A stretch of DNA of 64,000 nucleotides from Bdellovibrionales bacterium (lineage in GTDB: Bacteria; Bdellovibrionota; UBA1018; CAIMNF01). The notes below the pieces were generated by a model. It searched no databases and was not told the origin of the DNA. It saw nothing but the letters and a program-made list of their open reading frames with translations. The stretch lies in the NCBI GenBank assembly GCA_040380025.1, contig JBEIJY010000008.1:1-64000 (forward strand), given 5' to 3'. The position numbers and the translations under genes were made by a program. Shown one piece after another: positions 10,917 to 19,867 of this stretch. Each line of letters opens with the position of its first letter. The stretch's first letter is position 1.

Positions 10917-12373
10917 GGCAGGCATTTGTATTGTTCGGATGGTGGTCTTTGCTTCAGACATGCCTCAATTTGTGGAAACGTATCACGATTATATTTATCA
11001 TCAGTGTAAAAGTCATGTGCTTTATTCCAACTATTTGGCAGTTTCGCTCCATCACAATACGTACGCGGTTGAGGCATCCACGCCTCAACGTTATAGTTCA
11101 GAGGCGGTCTCGGCCCGCAGGTTCCTGTGGGTGTGTTTTTTTCTGTGAAGTTTTCATACTCTCTTCGTTCCTCATCGTTTGCCGCTCTTACCACCGCATT
11201 TGTGATTCTTTTGGCTTTCACAATGTTTTTGAATGCTGATTCGATCGCGTTGTTCCGCGCATTACTCAAGTCAGCATTGTTATCCCACGGCTTGCCGGGA
11301 TTCCGCGTGTCCGCACAAGACTTGGAAATCGCCGTGAAGGATTGAAAGGTCGGACAATTCTTTTTTGCCTTTTCGACGCACTCGGACATTGCGTCTCGGG
11401 CTGCTTGATTCACGATCGCCTCATTCGCATCGAAATTTTGCTTTAAGTCGCATTTATCGACAAACTTCTTGACTGTCAGCACCGGCACGGCCTGCGGAGC
11501 AGGGATGGGGGCACCTGGATCCGGCATTTGTTGATGACTAGCCGGAGCATACTCCGCTTTGTATACGGGATCGCAAAAGAGATGTGGATTCTCTCCGGTA
11601 CGGTCTGTTGAATGGTAGGTAATTACCTGATTATTATTACCGCATCGGGGCAATTCCAACTTATACCAAACCCGAAGAGATTTATTCCTTGGATTTCGAT
11701 TATTTATGACTACGAATTCCTCACGCTCGCTCAGATAATTCTCCTTGAAGTTTTCCTCTAACGAAGGTTGCTGTTCTTCCATGAATTGAGCGGTCATTTC
11801 GTCGACTTTTTGATTCGCAATTCGGCTTCTCCCATCAACCTGTGTTTCTGCATAATTCCCCAAAAAGGATTCGAATTGAGGTCTCAACCCAGGATCAAGA
11901 AGAAGAGGCGAAGTCAATGCCTGAAACAGAATCTTTTTTTGTTCAGTATTAAGCGTTTTCCCAATTAATTTTTGATTGAGCGTATTTGTATCGCTCAAAA
12001 CCAAAAACAGGTTCCGTAGCTCTTGAGGACCAAAAACCTCTTCAAAAACTTCTGCCAAAGTCGTGAATTGATCCACCATACCTTTGTAATGAAGGTGCCG
12101 CTTGACCCGAACTCCACTTATGAACACACCCATGGCTTCCAGAACTTTCTCTTGTTCGGGTTTGGGCAATTTGTCGAAGGGAGGACCATACTCGTCCATG
12201 AGACTTGAATTTCCGCTCACTCCGTCCAGAATGAACTGCAAATTTTTTGAATTGGCCGAGCATTGATGATTACAATCCGTCCCGTCGGCAAGAGCTCTTG
12301 GTATGACCATCCCGAGAGACAGCGCTCCCACAAAAAAACCCGCCAGATAACGCATCGCATCTATCTTCTTCAT
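10913..12373 (-). CDS. Large secreted Cys-containing hypothetical protein with a partial OmpA-like motif (possibly frameshifted)
   Basis: Signal peptide ending ALA-D; low GC; SCADTR..NNADLSNARNNAI resembles OmpA-C D..N..LS..RA..V. Confidence 0.7.
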   Translation of the reverse strand: MKKIDAMRYLAGFFVGALSLGMVIPRALADGTDCNHQCSANSKNLQFILDGVSGNSSLMDEYGPPFDKLPKPEQEKVLEAMGVFISGVRVKRHLHYKGMVDQFTTLAEVFEEVFGPQELRNLFLVLSDTNTLNQKLIGKTLNTEQKKILFQALTSPLLLDPGLRPQFESFLGNYAETQVDGRSRIANQKVDEMTAQFMEEQQPSLEENFKENYLSEREEFVVINNRNPRNKSLRVWYKLELPRCGNNNQVITYHSTDRTGENPHLFCDPVYKAEYAPASHQQMPDPGAPIPAPQAVPVLTVKKFVDKCDLKQNFDANEAIVNQAARDAMSECVEKAKKNCPTFQSFTAISKSCADTRNPGKPWDNNADLSNARNNAIESAFKNIVKAKRITNAVVRAANDEERREYENFTEKNTPTGTCGPRPPLNYNVEAWMPQPRTYCDGAKLPNSWNKAHDFYTDDKYNRDTFPQIEACLKQRPPSEQYKCLP

Positions 12374-12436
12374 AACCAGATCCCCCCTGAAAGACCGTCT
12401 TTTGCCGGTTTTTTGAAAACCAAAGACCTACTCATG

Positions 12437-12464
12437 AGTTTAAATAAACGACTAAATTTGTCAA
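12437..12464 (-). promoter_or_regulatory. sigma70-type promoter of the low-GC gene
   Basis: Minus strand TTGACA-16-TAAACT in an AT-rich intergenic region. Confidence 0.5.
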
Positions 12465-12557
12465 ATAAAAAAATGTTTGCATTTCTTAACGAGTTGCTCT
12501 TTCGTCCCGAAATCGCGCAAAAAACCAAATCCCCGCGCTTCGTGCTACTGTCGCGCC

Positions 12558-13622
12558 ATGAACTCGAGCGCCTTTACCTTCGACGACGTCCTTCTTGTGC
12601 CTTCCTACAACCACCACGAATCCCGAAAACTGGTCAGCACCGAAGTGACCGACCGCACGGGCAAGCTCACCCTGTCCCTGCCCGTGATGAGCTCGAACAT
12701 GGACACGATCACCGGGTCCGAAATGGCCGGATTCATGGCCAAACGGGGCGGGGTCGGAGTTCTGCACCGGTTCATGACGATCGAAGAGAACATCGAGGAG
12801 TTCAAGAAATCACCCTCGAAAACCTTCGTGTCGATCGGCGCCTCGCGGGCCGAGCTCGAGCGTGCGACCGCGCTTCGCGATGCGGGAGCCGAATACTTTT
12901 GCGTCGATGTCGCCCATGCGCACGCGAAGTACATCGGAAAAATGCTGAAAGAACTGCGGACGCTTCTTGCCGATCGATGCATCATGGCCGGAAATGTCGC
13001 GACCTACGCGGGCGCCGATTACCTCGCCTCGTGCGGGGCGGATGTTTTGAAGGTCGGAATCGGCGGGGGCTCTGTGTGCAGTACCCGCATCAAGACCGGT
13101 TTCGGGGTTCCCACGCTGACCTCGGTTCAGCTCTGCGCACGCGCGGATCGCTCGATTGTCGCGGATGGCGGAATCCGCACCCCGGGCGACATCGTGAAAG
13201 CACTCGCGTTCGGCGCGGATTTCGTGATGATCGGCGGAATGCTTGCGGGCACCCGCCCCACCCCAGGAGCGGTGATCACCCGCCCGGACGGAAAAAAAGT
13301 GAAACTCTATCGCGGAATGGCTTCGCTCGAGGCGCAACAAGATTACATGGATCATCTGGCCGACATCGGAAAACTCCCTGAAAACGCGGACGCCGCCTGG
13401 AAAATGCCGGAATGGAAGACCGCCGAAGGCGTGCAAACCGAGGTCGCCTACCGCGAGGATGAAGACTTGATTCTGGCCGATATCATCGGAGGTCTTCGCT
13501 CGGGCCTCACCTACGCCGGAGCGATCGACATCCGCGAGCTTCAACGAAAACTCGACTATGTGATGATCACCCAGGCCGGAAGACTCGAGAGCCTTCCCCA
13601 CAAAACCTTCGAACGCGGCTAG
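12558..13622 (+). CDS. IMP dehydrogenase/GMP reductase family protein lacking CBS domains
   Basis: TFDDVLLVP, SNMDTIT, MAGNVAT, KVGIGGGSVCSTR (catalytic Cys), ADGGIR, YRGMAS; GuaB versus GuaC not resolved. Confidence 0.9.
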   Translation: MNSSAFTFDDVLLVPSYNHHESRKLVSTEVTDRTGKLTLSLPVMSSNMDTITGSEMAGFMAKRGGVGVLHRFMTIEENIEEFKKSPSKTFVSIGASRAELERATALRDAGAEYFCVDVAHAHAKYIGKMLKELRTLLADRCIMAGNVATYAGADYLASCGADVLKVGIGGGSVCSTRIKTGFGVPTLTSVQLCARADRSIVADGGIRTPGDIVKALAFGADFVMIGGMLAGTRPTPGAVITRPDGKKVKLYRGMASLEAQQDYMDHLADIGKLPENADAAWKMPEWKTAEGVQTEVAYREDEDLILADIIGGLRSGLTYAGAIDIRELQRKLDYVMITQAGRLESLPHKTFERG

Positions 13623-15472
13623 TTCGAACGGAACCGGATTCTTGGCGCCTTCGAATCAAGAAGCGGCCGGCCGGGAGCCGGAACAGGACCGGTTTTTTTC
13701 AGGTAATCGAGCACCAGATCGCGGCTCACGCGCGCATCTGCTCCACGAATTCTTGTGGAAGGAATGCGGCCCATGAACCACGCGAGGTCGTCTCCGCCCC
13801 CGGTCAGGTAATCAAAGGTCGCAACCCGATATCGCCTATGGTCTGAAATGGGCTTTCCGTCCTCGGTTCGAATCGAGAGCAAGCGGTCGGTCTCCCATGT
13901 TTCGAGCTTTCCGTTCCGGTCGAGGTCGGTTTTTTTCGCTTCTTCCTGAAACGGCCTGAGCTCGATCTGAAGCCCCGAAAGACCGATCGCACCATGCGCC
14001 CCCGAGGTCGCGATCCGGTACAAAAGCTTCACCTCCTTGCCCGAGAGCTCCACCACATGAAGAAAGTTATCGAACGGAAGCGCTCGGAAAATCCCGTCAT
14101 AGGTGATGGGACCGGCGTCGAGCGAGGTCCGGATGCCGCCGGAATTCACGAGCGCGAAATCGGCTTTTCCGGCATCGCGAAGAGCATCGGCGACGAGGTT
14201 TCCGAACGCGCTCTCGCGATCGCGATGATGGACGAGGGGCTCGGTGGCCTGGCCCACGATTTGTTTCCGGAACCGGTCAGTACCCTCACGGATCGGACGA
14301 AGCCACTCTGCCGTGGCGGGATCGGGCGTGATCGCCTTGCCATGAAACTCCGCCGGGACTAGCGCAGGTGCTGGTGCACCCGCCGGAAGCCGCTTGACCT
14401 CGCAGTGGGAGGTCCCTTTGAAGTGATGCTCGCAGATCGGAATCACGCCCTCGATGCGGGTCAGATCGGGGAGCAGGCGTTTGGTGGCCTTGTCGAAAGT
14501 GTAATAAATGACATTGAAGTACTGATTGTAGGCCTCGCCTTCGACCACCGCAATTCCGTTCAGATAATGATGAATGACCTGATGGGTGTGGCCTGCGACG
14601 ATTCCGTGAAGCACTGCGGGGCCTGTTTTTGCGGCAAGAAGCGCGATCTCCTGATTCGGATCGCATCCCGGGCTGTTTTGCTCGTAGGGGTGGATCTTCC
14701 AATCTTTCAGGCCGGGCGTCGTGCGGCATTCGGTGCCCGCATGGGCCGTGACCAGAACCGCATGAGCACCTGCCGCTTGCAATCGCTTGGATTCGGATGT
14801 CACCTCGGGAATGGGATCGACAAAATCAAGGTGCTTCACCGTTTCATAGCGGGTGGCGCCGGGGGTCTGCCGGGTGGTGACCCCGATCACCCCGAAACGG
14901 ATTCCCTCGACCTCGACCAAAGCGGACGGAGCGACGTTCTTCCAGCGCACGCGGCGCCGGGTCTTTTTTTCATGAATATTCGAGGCGACATAAGGATACT
15001 TCGCCTCGGCCGCCCGCCCATGGAGCGCATCCATTCCGAAATCGAACTCGTGGTTTCCGATCGCGGCGACTTTTACACCGAGGCGATTGAAGAATTCCAC
15101 CACCGTCGCCCCCTGCGAGGGATTGCTCTCGAGAGTTCCCTGCCACTCATCGCCGGCATCGATCACGAGCACGCGCCCGTTCATCTCTTCGTTCAGGTGC
15201 CGGATCATCGAGTGCAGAACCGCGGCGCCGCCGCTCCGGACAATCCTTCCATCGGGGAGCTTGTTCTCGCGCGGCAAAAGCGAGCCGTGAAAATCATTGA
15301 TCCCGACGACCGCCACCGTGACCTGCCCCGGGGTTTCGCTCTGATGGGCCCGCGCGGGAGGATTCGCCGCCGCGGGAAGCTCGGCCGCGGGCGTCTCACG
15401 AGGAGCGGTGGAATGGGCGCATCCTGCGAGCGCCTGCAAAAAAAGGAATCCGAGGGCGATTCGATTGATCAT
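13619..15472 (-). CDS. Lipoprotein 5'-nucleotidase / UDP-sugar hydrolase (metallophosphoesterase plus 5'-NT C domain)
   Basis: Lipobox LAGC; NDFHG, DAGD, GNHEFD, AGHTH, NSGGIR, LPFDN. Confidence 0.92.
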   Translation of the reverse strand: MINRIALGFLFLQALAGCAHSTAPRETPAAELPAAANPPARAHQSETPGQVTVAVVGINDFHGSLLPRENKLPDGRIVRSGGAAVLHSMIRHLNEEMNGRVLVIDAGDEWQGTLESNPSQGATVVEFFNRLGVKVAAIGNHEFDFGMDALHGRAAEAKYPYVASNIHEKKTRRRVRWKNVAPSALVEVEGIRFGVIGVTTRQTPGATRYETVKHLDFVDPIPEVTSESKRLQAAGAHAVLVTAHAGTECRTTPGLKDWKIHPYEQNSPGCDPNQEIALLAAKTGPAVLHGIVAGHTHQVIHHYLNGIAVVEGEAYNQYFNVIYYTFDKATKRLLPDLTRIEGVIPICEHHFKGTSHCEVKRLPAGAPAPALVPAEFHGKAITPDPATAEWLRPIREGTDRFRKQIVGQATEPLVHHRDRESAFGNLVADALRDAGKADFALVNSGGIRTSLDAGPITYDGIFRALPFDNFLHVVELSGKEVKLLYRIATSGAHGAIGLSGLQIELRPFQEEAKKTDLDRNGKLETWETDRLLSIRTEDGKPISDHRRYRVATFDYLTGGGDDLAWFMGRIPSTRIRGADARVSRDLVLDYLKKTGPVPAPGRPLLDSKAPRIRFRSN

Positions 15473-15525
15473 GGGGGGAGAATCCCCGATCCCGCCAGGA
15501 ATGTAAATACCTCGTCAAAAACGCC

Positions 15526-16773
15526 TCAAATTCTTGATCTCCCCCGCGGGTGCGTCTTGCGCTGGCGATAGCTCCCGGCCGAAATCCGGAGCGTCTGCCC
15601 CGGCGAAAGCGCAGAATTTCTCATTCCGTTCACGCGCTTCAGGTAGGCCACCGAAAGCCCGTGCCGGCGCGCGATCTTCTCGAGCGTGTCTCCGCGCTTC
15701 ACCGTAAGAATCGACTGGTCCCGGTCTTGGGCTCTACGCGAGGCGAGTTCGCGGTATTTCGACTCGACCTGCTTTGCGTACTTCGCGGGCACCCAGATCT
15801 GGTCTTCTTTTTTGCCCGGATGCGTCTGCGGCGCGAGATGATGGGGATTCACGAACTCCAGGACCCCTTCGGGAAGATCGCAGGTTTTTTCGATCGACGA
15901 GAAGCGAACGGGCGCGGGCACGCGGACGAGCTCGACATCGGGGTATTTTTTTTCTTCATTGATGAAAAATCCGAAAAGCCCCGGGTTCTCGCCGATGTAC
16001 CGGGCCGCAAGGAACTTCGGCACGTAATCCATCGTCTCGACAGGAAGAATCCTTCGCTCGGCAAGTTCCCAGAAATCATGGCTTCCGCCCTTTCGGATCG
16101 CCCGGCGAATCCGGCCCGGCCCCGCATTGTAGGCCGCCATCGCCAGATACCACGACTTGAACTGGCGGTTCAGATCGCGAAGCATCCGCGCCGCCGCCTC
16201 GGTCGCACGGATCGGATCCCGCCGCTCGTCGATGTGGTGATCCGCCCGAAGCCCGTAGAGTTTTCCGGTCGCGCGCATGAACTGCCACACTCCGACCGCC
16301 TTGGCGCTCGATTTCGCATGGGCGTTGAAGCCGCTTTCGATCATTCCGAGGTAATACAAATCGGTCGGAACGCCGTTTTCTTCGAGAATGTTCTGGATCA
16401 CCTCGCGGTAGGGCTCGCCCCGGTCAAAAAATCGCTGAAATCGCTCGCGGTCCTTTTGCGAGAAGTACTGCACCCATTTGGCAACCCTGCGGTTGAACTC
16501 AAAGGGAATCTGCCGCTTTTTCGGCACGCGTTCGGGGTGGACTTCCACATCGACTTCTTCCATTCCGACCGGCTCGGCCTCGACCGAATCCAGGTCGGGA
16601 ACCCCGCCGTAGGACTCCTCTTCGGGCTCCCGCGAACGGGATGCCCCCGGAACCTCCGGACTCATTCCGGGCAAAAGCGGGGCCTCGCGCGTGCGGGGCC
16701 GCCCGGGCGTGGAGCAGGCCGAGAGAGCAAAAAGAACCGGAACCATCGCGATCGAAACGAGCCGAATTCCCAT
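15526..16773 (-). CDS. MltD-like lytic transglycosylase lipoprotein with LysM
   Basis: MGIRLVSIAMVPVLFALSAC lipobox; IESGF, AVGVWQFM, AYNAG, ETMDYVPK; C-terminal LysM VKRGDTL..IA. Confidence 0.9.
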   Translation of the reverse strand: MGIRLVSIAMVPVLFALSACSTPGRPRTREAPLLPGMSPEVPGASRSREPEEESYGGVPDLDSVEAEPVGMEEVDVEVHPERVPKKRQIPFEFNRRVAKWVQYFSQKDRERFQRFFDRGEPYREVIQNILEENGVPTDLYYLGMIESGFNAHAKSSAKAVGVWQFMRATGKLYGLRADHHIDERRDPIRATEAAARMLRDLNRQFKSWYLAMAAYNAGPGRIRRAIRKGGSHDFWELAERRILPVETMDYVPKFLAARYIGENPGLFGFFINEEKKYPDVELVRVPAPVRFSSIEKTCDLPEGVLEFVNPHHLAPQTHPGKKEDQIWVPAKYAKQVESKYRELASRRAQDRDQSILTVKRGDTLEKIARRHGLSVAYLKRVNGMRNSALSPGQTLRISAGSYRQRKTHPRGRSRI

Positions 16774-16780
16774 TAAAACT

Positions 16781-16831
16781 AGAGTATTACGGTCAAAATC
16801 CCTTGTCATCTGACGAATCTTTGGCTATCCT
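16781..16831. promoter_or_regulatory. Back-to-back promoters for the mltD-like gene (minus) and rpsT (plus) with overlapping -35 boxes
   Basis: Plus TTGTCA(16803)-17-TATCCT(16826); minus ATGACA(16809)-17-TACTCT(16786). Confidence 0.55.
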
Positions 16832-16874
16832 CGCCGACGAACCTCCGCGATGGGGGTGATACAGGAGTAAGAAA

Positions 16875-17186
16875 ATGGCAAATAAACGTCAATCGGCGAA
16901 ACGCGCCAAACAGGCCGTTGTCCGCCAAACCCGGAACCACACAGTCAAGTCCGCAACCAAAACTGCGGTAAAAAAGGCGATCGAAGCCGTTCAAACCAAA
17001 GACATCAGCAAGGCAAAAGATGCCTACCTGCTGGCGATCAAGGCTCTCAGCAAAGCCGCTTCCAAGGGTACCATCCCCAAGGCACGCGCTTCTCGCAAGA
17101 TCAGCCGCCTGACCATTCTGGCAAAGAAGATTCTTCCCGACGCGCTTCCGATCCACACCGGAACGAAATCCAAGTCGGCTCGTTGA
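16875..17186 (+). CDS. rpsT: 30S ribosomal protein S20
   Basis: MANKRQSAKRAKQ..RN..KS..KT.VKK; KAASKG.I.K..ASRKISRL; AGGAG SD. Confidence 0.95.
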   Translation: MANKRQSAKRAKQAVVRQTRNHTVKSATKTAVKKAIEAVQTKDISKAKDAYLLAIKALSKAASKGTIPKARASRKISRLTILAKKILPDALPIHTGTKSKSAR

Positions 17187-17192
17187 TTTTTT

Positions 17193-17246
17193 AAAAAAAA
17201 GCGGCTGGAACCGGCGTTCGCGCCCCGTTCCAGCCGCTTTTTTTTT
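17193..17246. terminator. Bidirectional intrinsic terminator
   Basis: A8-GCGGCTGGAAC..TTCG..GTTCCAGCCGC-T9 between convergent genes. Confidence 0.9.
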
Positions 17247-17254
17247 GCTCGATT

Positions 17255-17584
17255 TCAGCTCCAATCCTGACGCGAAAGTGGCGACAAGCCATGGCGCGCA
17301 CGGGCGGCATCACAGCGGGGATTCTGCTCTCCCGCTTCCCACGAAGCCTCGAACGAGCGGCAGGGTCCGGGACGCTCTTCATAAATCGTACATCGCACGG
17401 ACGCTCCGACTCCGCCCTCGAGTGCCACACAGCGCGGGCTCATCGCATCGCCCGTTCCTTTCATACAGCTCAAAAACGGGCTGATTTTCTCGGTAAGCGC
17501 TTCAGGCACGGGCTCGGCCCAATAAAACGAAACTCGAAAATGCGCGCAACACGCCCCGCACGAGAGGCACGGGTGGAGGCTCAT
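17255..17584 (-). CDS. YkgJ family cysteine-cluster protein
   Basis: Cxx[24 protein letters not shown]. Confidence 0.88.
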   Translation of the reverse strand: MSLHPCLSCGACCAHFRVSFYWAEPVPEALTEKISPFLSCMKGTGDAMSPRCVALEGGVGASVRCTIYEERPGPCRSFEASWEAGEQNPRCDAARARHGLSPLSRQDWS

Positions 17585-18147
17585 GCCTTCTGTTCCCGGT
17601 AGGCCTGTCTCACCTCATCTAAGTTGAAGAGAGAATCATAGGCAATCCCCCGCTCCCGGAACGCCTCACGCCCGCCGGAATCGCGGTCGACCAGCGAGAG
17701 CACATGAGTGGGTTGGAATCCCTCCTCGCGCAGAATCTCGATCGCTCGAATCGCGGATGATCCCGTCGTCACCACATCCTCGAGAACCAAGAACCGGTCC
17801 CCCGGTTTGAAGTTCTCGATCCCCTCGATGAATCGGGAAGTCCCGTGCTTCTTCGGCTCTTTTCGGATCATGGTCGCAGGAAGCGGAATCCCCTTCCGGA
17901 ACGCCTGCATCGAGAACGCCATCACGAGCGGATCCGCGCCCAAGGTGAGGCCTCCGACGCCTTCGAATCGCAGGGTTTTCGAGAGCATCCATTCCACACC
18001 GAGCGCACCGAAACAGGTCGCGCCTTCGGGGTGCAGGATTGTGGGCTTCAGGTCGATGTAAAATCCGCTTTTCTGGCCCGAAGACAGGGTGAAGTCACCC
18101 TCGCGGTAGCTTCGCTCCACGATCATCCGAAGAAGGGTCGCGCGCAT
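17581..18147 (-). CDS. pyrE: Orotate phosphoribosyltransferase
   Basis: [41 protein letters not shown]. Confidence 0.93.
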   Translation of the reverse strand: MRATLLRMIVERSYREGDFTLSSGQKSGFYIDLKPTILHPEGATCFGALGVEWMLSKTLRFEGVGGLTLGADPLVMAFSMQAFRKGIPLPATMIRKEPKKHGTSRFIEGIENFKPGDRFLVLEDVVTTGSSAIRAIEILREEGFQPTHVLSLVDRDSGGREAFRERGIAYDSLFNLDEVRQAYREQKA

Positions 18148-18149
18148 GA

Positions 18150-19058
18150 TCAAGCGCCTCCCTTTGCAGGCCCGCTCTTCCGGACCCAGTCGAGAAAATC
18201 CCGAAACACCGCCTCACGAATCGTTTCGTTATAAATTTCATGAAAGAGCCCGGGGTAGAAGAGCTTCTTTTTTTCAGGATGATTCAGCGCCTCGAAGACC
18301 TTCTCGGCATCCAGTGTGCTCACGATCAGATCCTCGCCCGCGAGCTGGAACAGCACCCTTGTTTGCCGGGGGATCGGCACGGGTTTCTCGCGGATTCGCT
18401 CCATTGCGGCCACAAACCCGAGGTAAAAGCGCGACGTGGCCTTGGTATGATGAAGACTGTCGCGGCGAATCGCGCGCGCCACCGCCGGATCATGGCTCAG
18501 AGTCTCGGGAATCAAACCGGTGTCCATTTGCAGACTGCCCCAGACATTCGCGAGCAGTTTCGCTGCCGCCCGTTTGAAGAGCGGAACCTCGACCGTGAGC
18601 CCCGCTCCGGGAGCGGAGAGAATCAAATTCCGTACGCCCAGATCGGGCGAATCCTGAAAGGCCCGCAAAGTGATCGTGCCCCCCATGCTGTGGGCGAACC
18701 AATCCGCCTGATTCGAGCCGCCCAAGCGGGCGGTCAGGATGTTCCAGGCAAGGAGGGCGTCGTCGATGTATTCGTCAAACGAGTCGACATGCCCGCGGAT
18801 TCCCTCGGACCGTCCGTGCCCCCGGAGATCGGGCGCGAGAATCAGGTCGTATTCTTCGCCCAGAAAATGGGGAAAGTGCTGATACCGGCCACCATGCTCG
18901 CCCTGGCCGTGTAGAACAAGAAGCCCCCGTTCCGAAGAAGAGCCCTTCTTGCGGAACCAGTTCAAAAAAATCGAATGTTCCCCGTCGGTGGACTGCACCA
19001 CCTCGGTCTCGTATTCGAAATTCGCGGGAATTTTCGGAAATCCTTCTGGAATGATCAT
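18150..19058 (-). CDS. Alpha/beta hydrolase, lysophospholipase/monoacylglycerol lipase type
   Basis: HGQGEHGGRY, DLRGHGRS, AHSMGG nucleophile, FHEIYNE; ATGA overlap with upstream gene. Confidence 0.9.
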   Translation of the reverse strand: MIIPEGFPKIPANFEYETEVVQSTDGEHSIFLNWFRKKGSSSERGLLVLHGQGEHGGRYQHFPHFLGEEYDLILAPDLRGHGRSEGIRGHVDSFDEYIDDALLAWNILTARLGGSNQADWFAHSMGGTITLRAFQDSPDLGVRNLILSAPGAGLTVEVPLFKRAAAKLLANVWGSLQMDTGLIPETLSHDPAVARAIRRDSLHHTKATSRFYLGFVAAMERIREKPVPIPRQTRVLFQLAGEDLIVSTLDAEKVFEALNHPEKKKLFYPGLFHEIYNETIREAVFRDFLDWVRKSGPAKGGA

Positions 19059-19849
19059 GTGATGTATCTCTCGATGGACTGTTTTGCCTCTTCGTTGATC
19101 TCGGTGAAGCGGAATGAAAATCCTTTTCGGTCTTCGAGCACGCGAACGATGACCCCGAGCGCGACAAAGGGCCGGAGTCCCGTCGAAGCCGGCGGCATGA
19201 CATTCAGCCGGATCTGGTCTCCGGTCTTGCCCGGGAGCGAATCGGTCAGCACCTGCATGCCCCCGATGCTGATGTCGCGACACATTCCCGAAGAAACTTC
19301 TTTTCCGTTTGTCAGGTAAATCCGCGCCACCAGCGGACGCCGGGGCGAGGCGCGCCGGTCGGAGGCTTCGCGTGGTTCGGCGGTGGAGGCGATGCCCGAA
19401 AACTCCGGCACTTCGCGGAGCGGAACCCAATCGACAAAGGACTCCTCCCAGACAAAGGCCTGCTCCGACACCTGACCCGCACGGATCATGCGGACAAGCT
19501 CGGGCGCGGGGTACGGTCCCGTTTGCGAATCGTTCTGAAACAAAAACCAGCGGACCTTCGGAAGAAGCGCCTCTTTCGGAAGGGGCGGCGGCACCACGCG
19601 GGGCTTCGGCTTCGATTGCGGCAGAGCGGGGCCGAGCGCACGGAAGACGGCATGATCGCAGATGCGGGACCACTCGGATTCTCCCTCGCGATAACAGGGA
19701 TCAAGCCACGAGATCTCGCGGGATTCGAGCATGCGAAGAAGCTCGGAGGGCCTCAAGGGACCCTGCGCTCCGTCGCTTCCGCGGAACACAAAAAAGACCG
19801 GCTCATCCTTCGAAAACTGATTTGGGGCGGCGTTCTCCATGTCTCTCAC
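19055..19849 (-). CDS. Tandem GYF_2 (DUF4339) domains plus C-terminal PilZ domain
   Basis: Two Q.GP....L..M....I....W/Y.E....W repeats; PilZ RASPR and DISIGG. Confidence 0.82.
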   Translation of the reverse strand: MRDMENAAPNQFSKDEPVFFVFRGSDGAQGPLRPSELLRMLESREISWLDPCYREGESEWSRICDHAVFRALGPALPQSKPKPRVVPPPLPKEALLPKVRWFLFQNDSQTGPYPAPELVRMIRAGQVSEQAFVWEESFVDWVPLREVPEFSGIASTAEPREASDRRASPRRPLVARIYLTNGKEVSSGMCRDISIGGMQVLTDSLPGKTGDQIRLNVMPPASTGLRPFVALGVIVRVLEDRKGFSFRFTEINEEAKQSIERYIT

Positions 19850-19867
19850 CTGCTCGTCACTTGCTGA

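Noticed and set aside
19059..19673. N-terminal extension of the 507-aa hydrolase ORF
   Set aside because: Overlaps the GYF-PilZ gene in another frame; ATGA-coupled start at 19058 fits the family length
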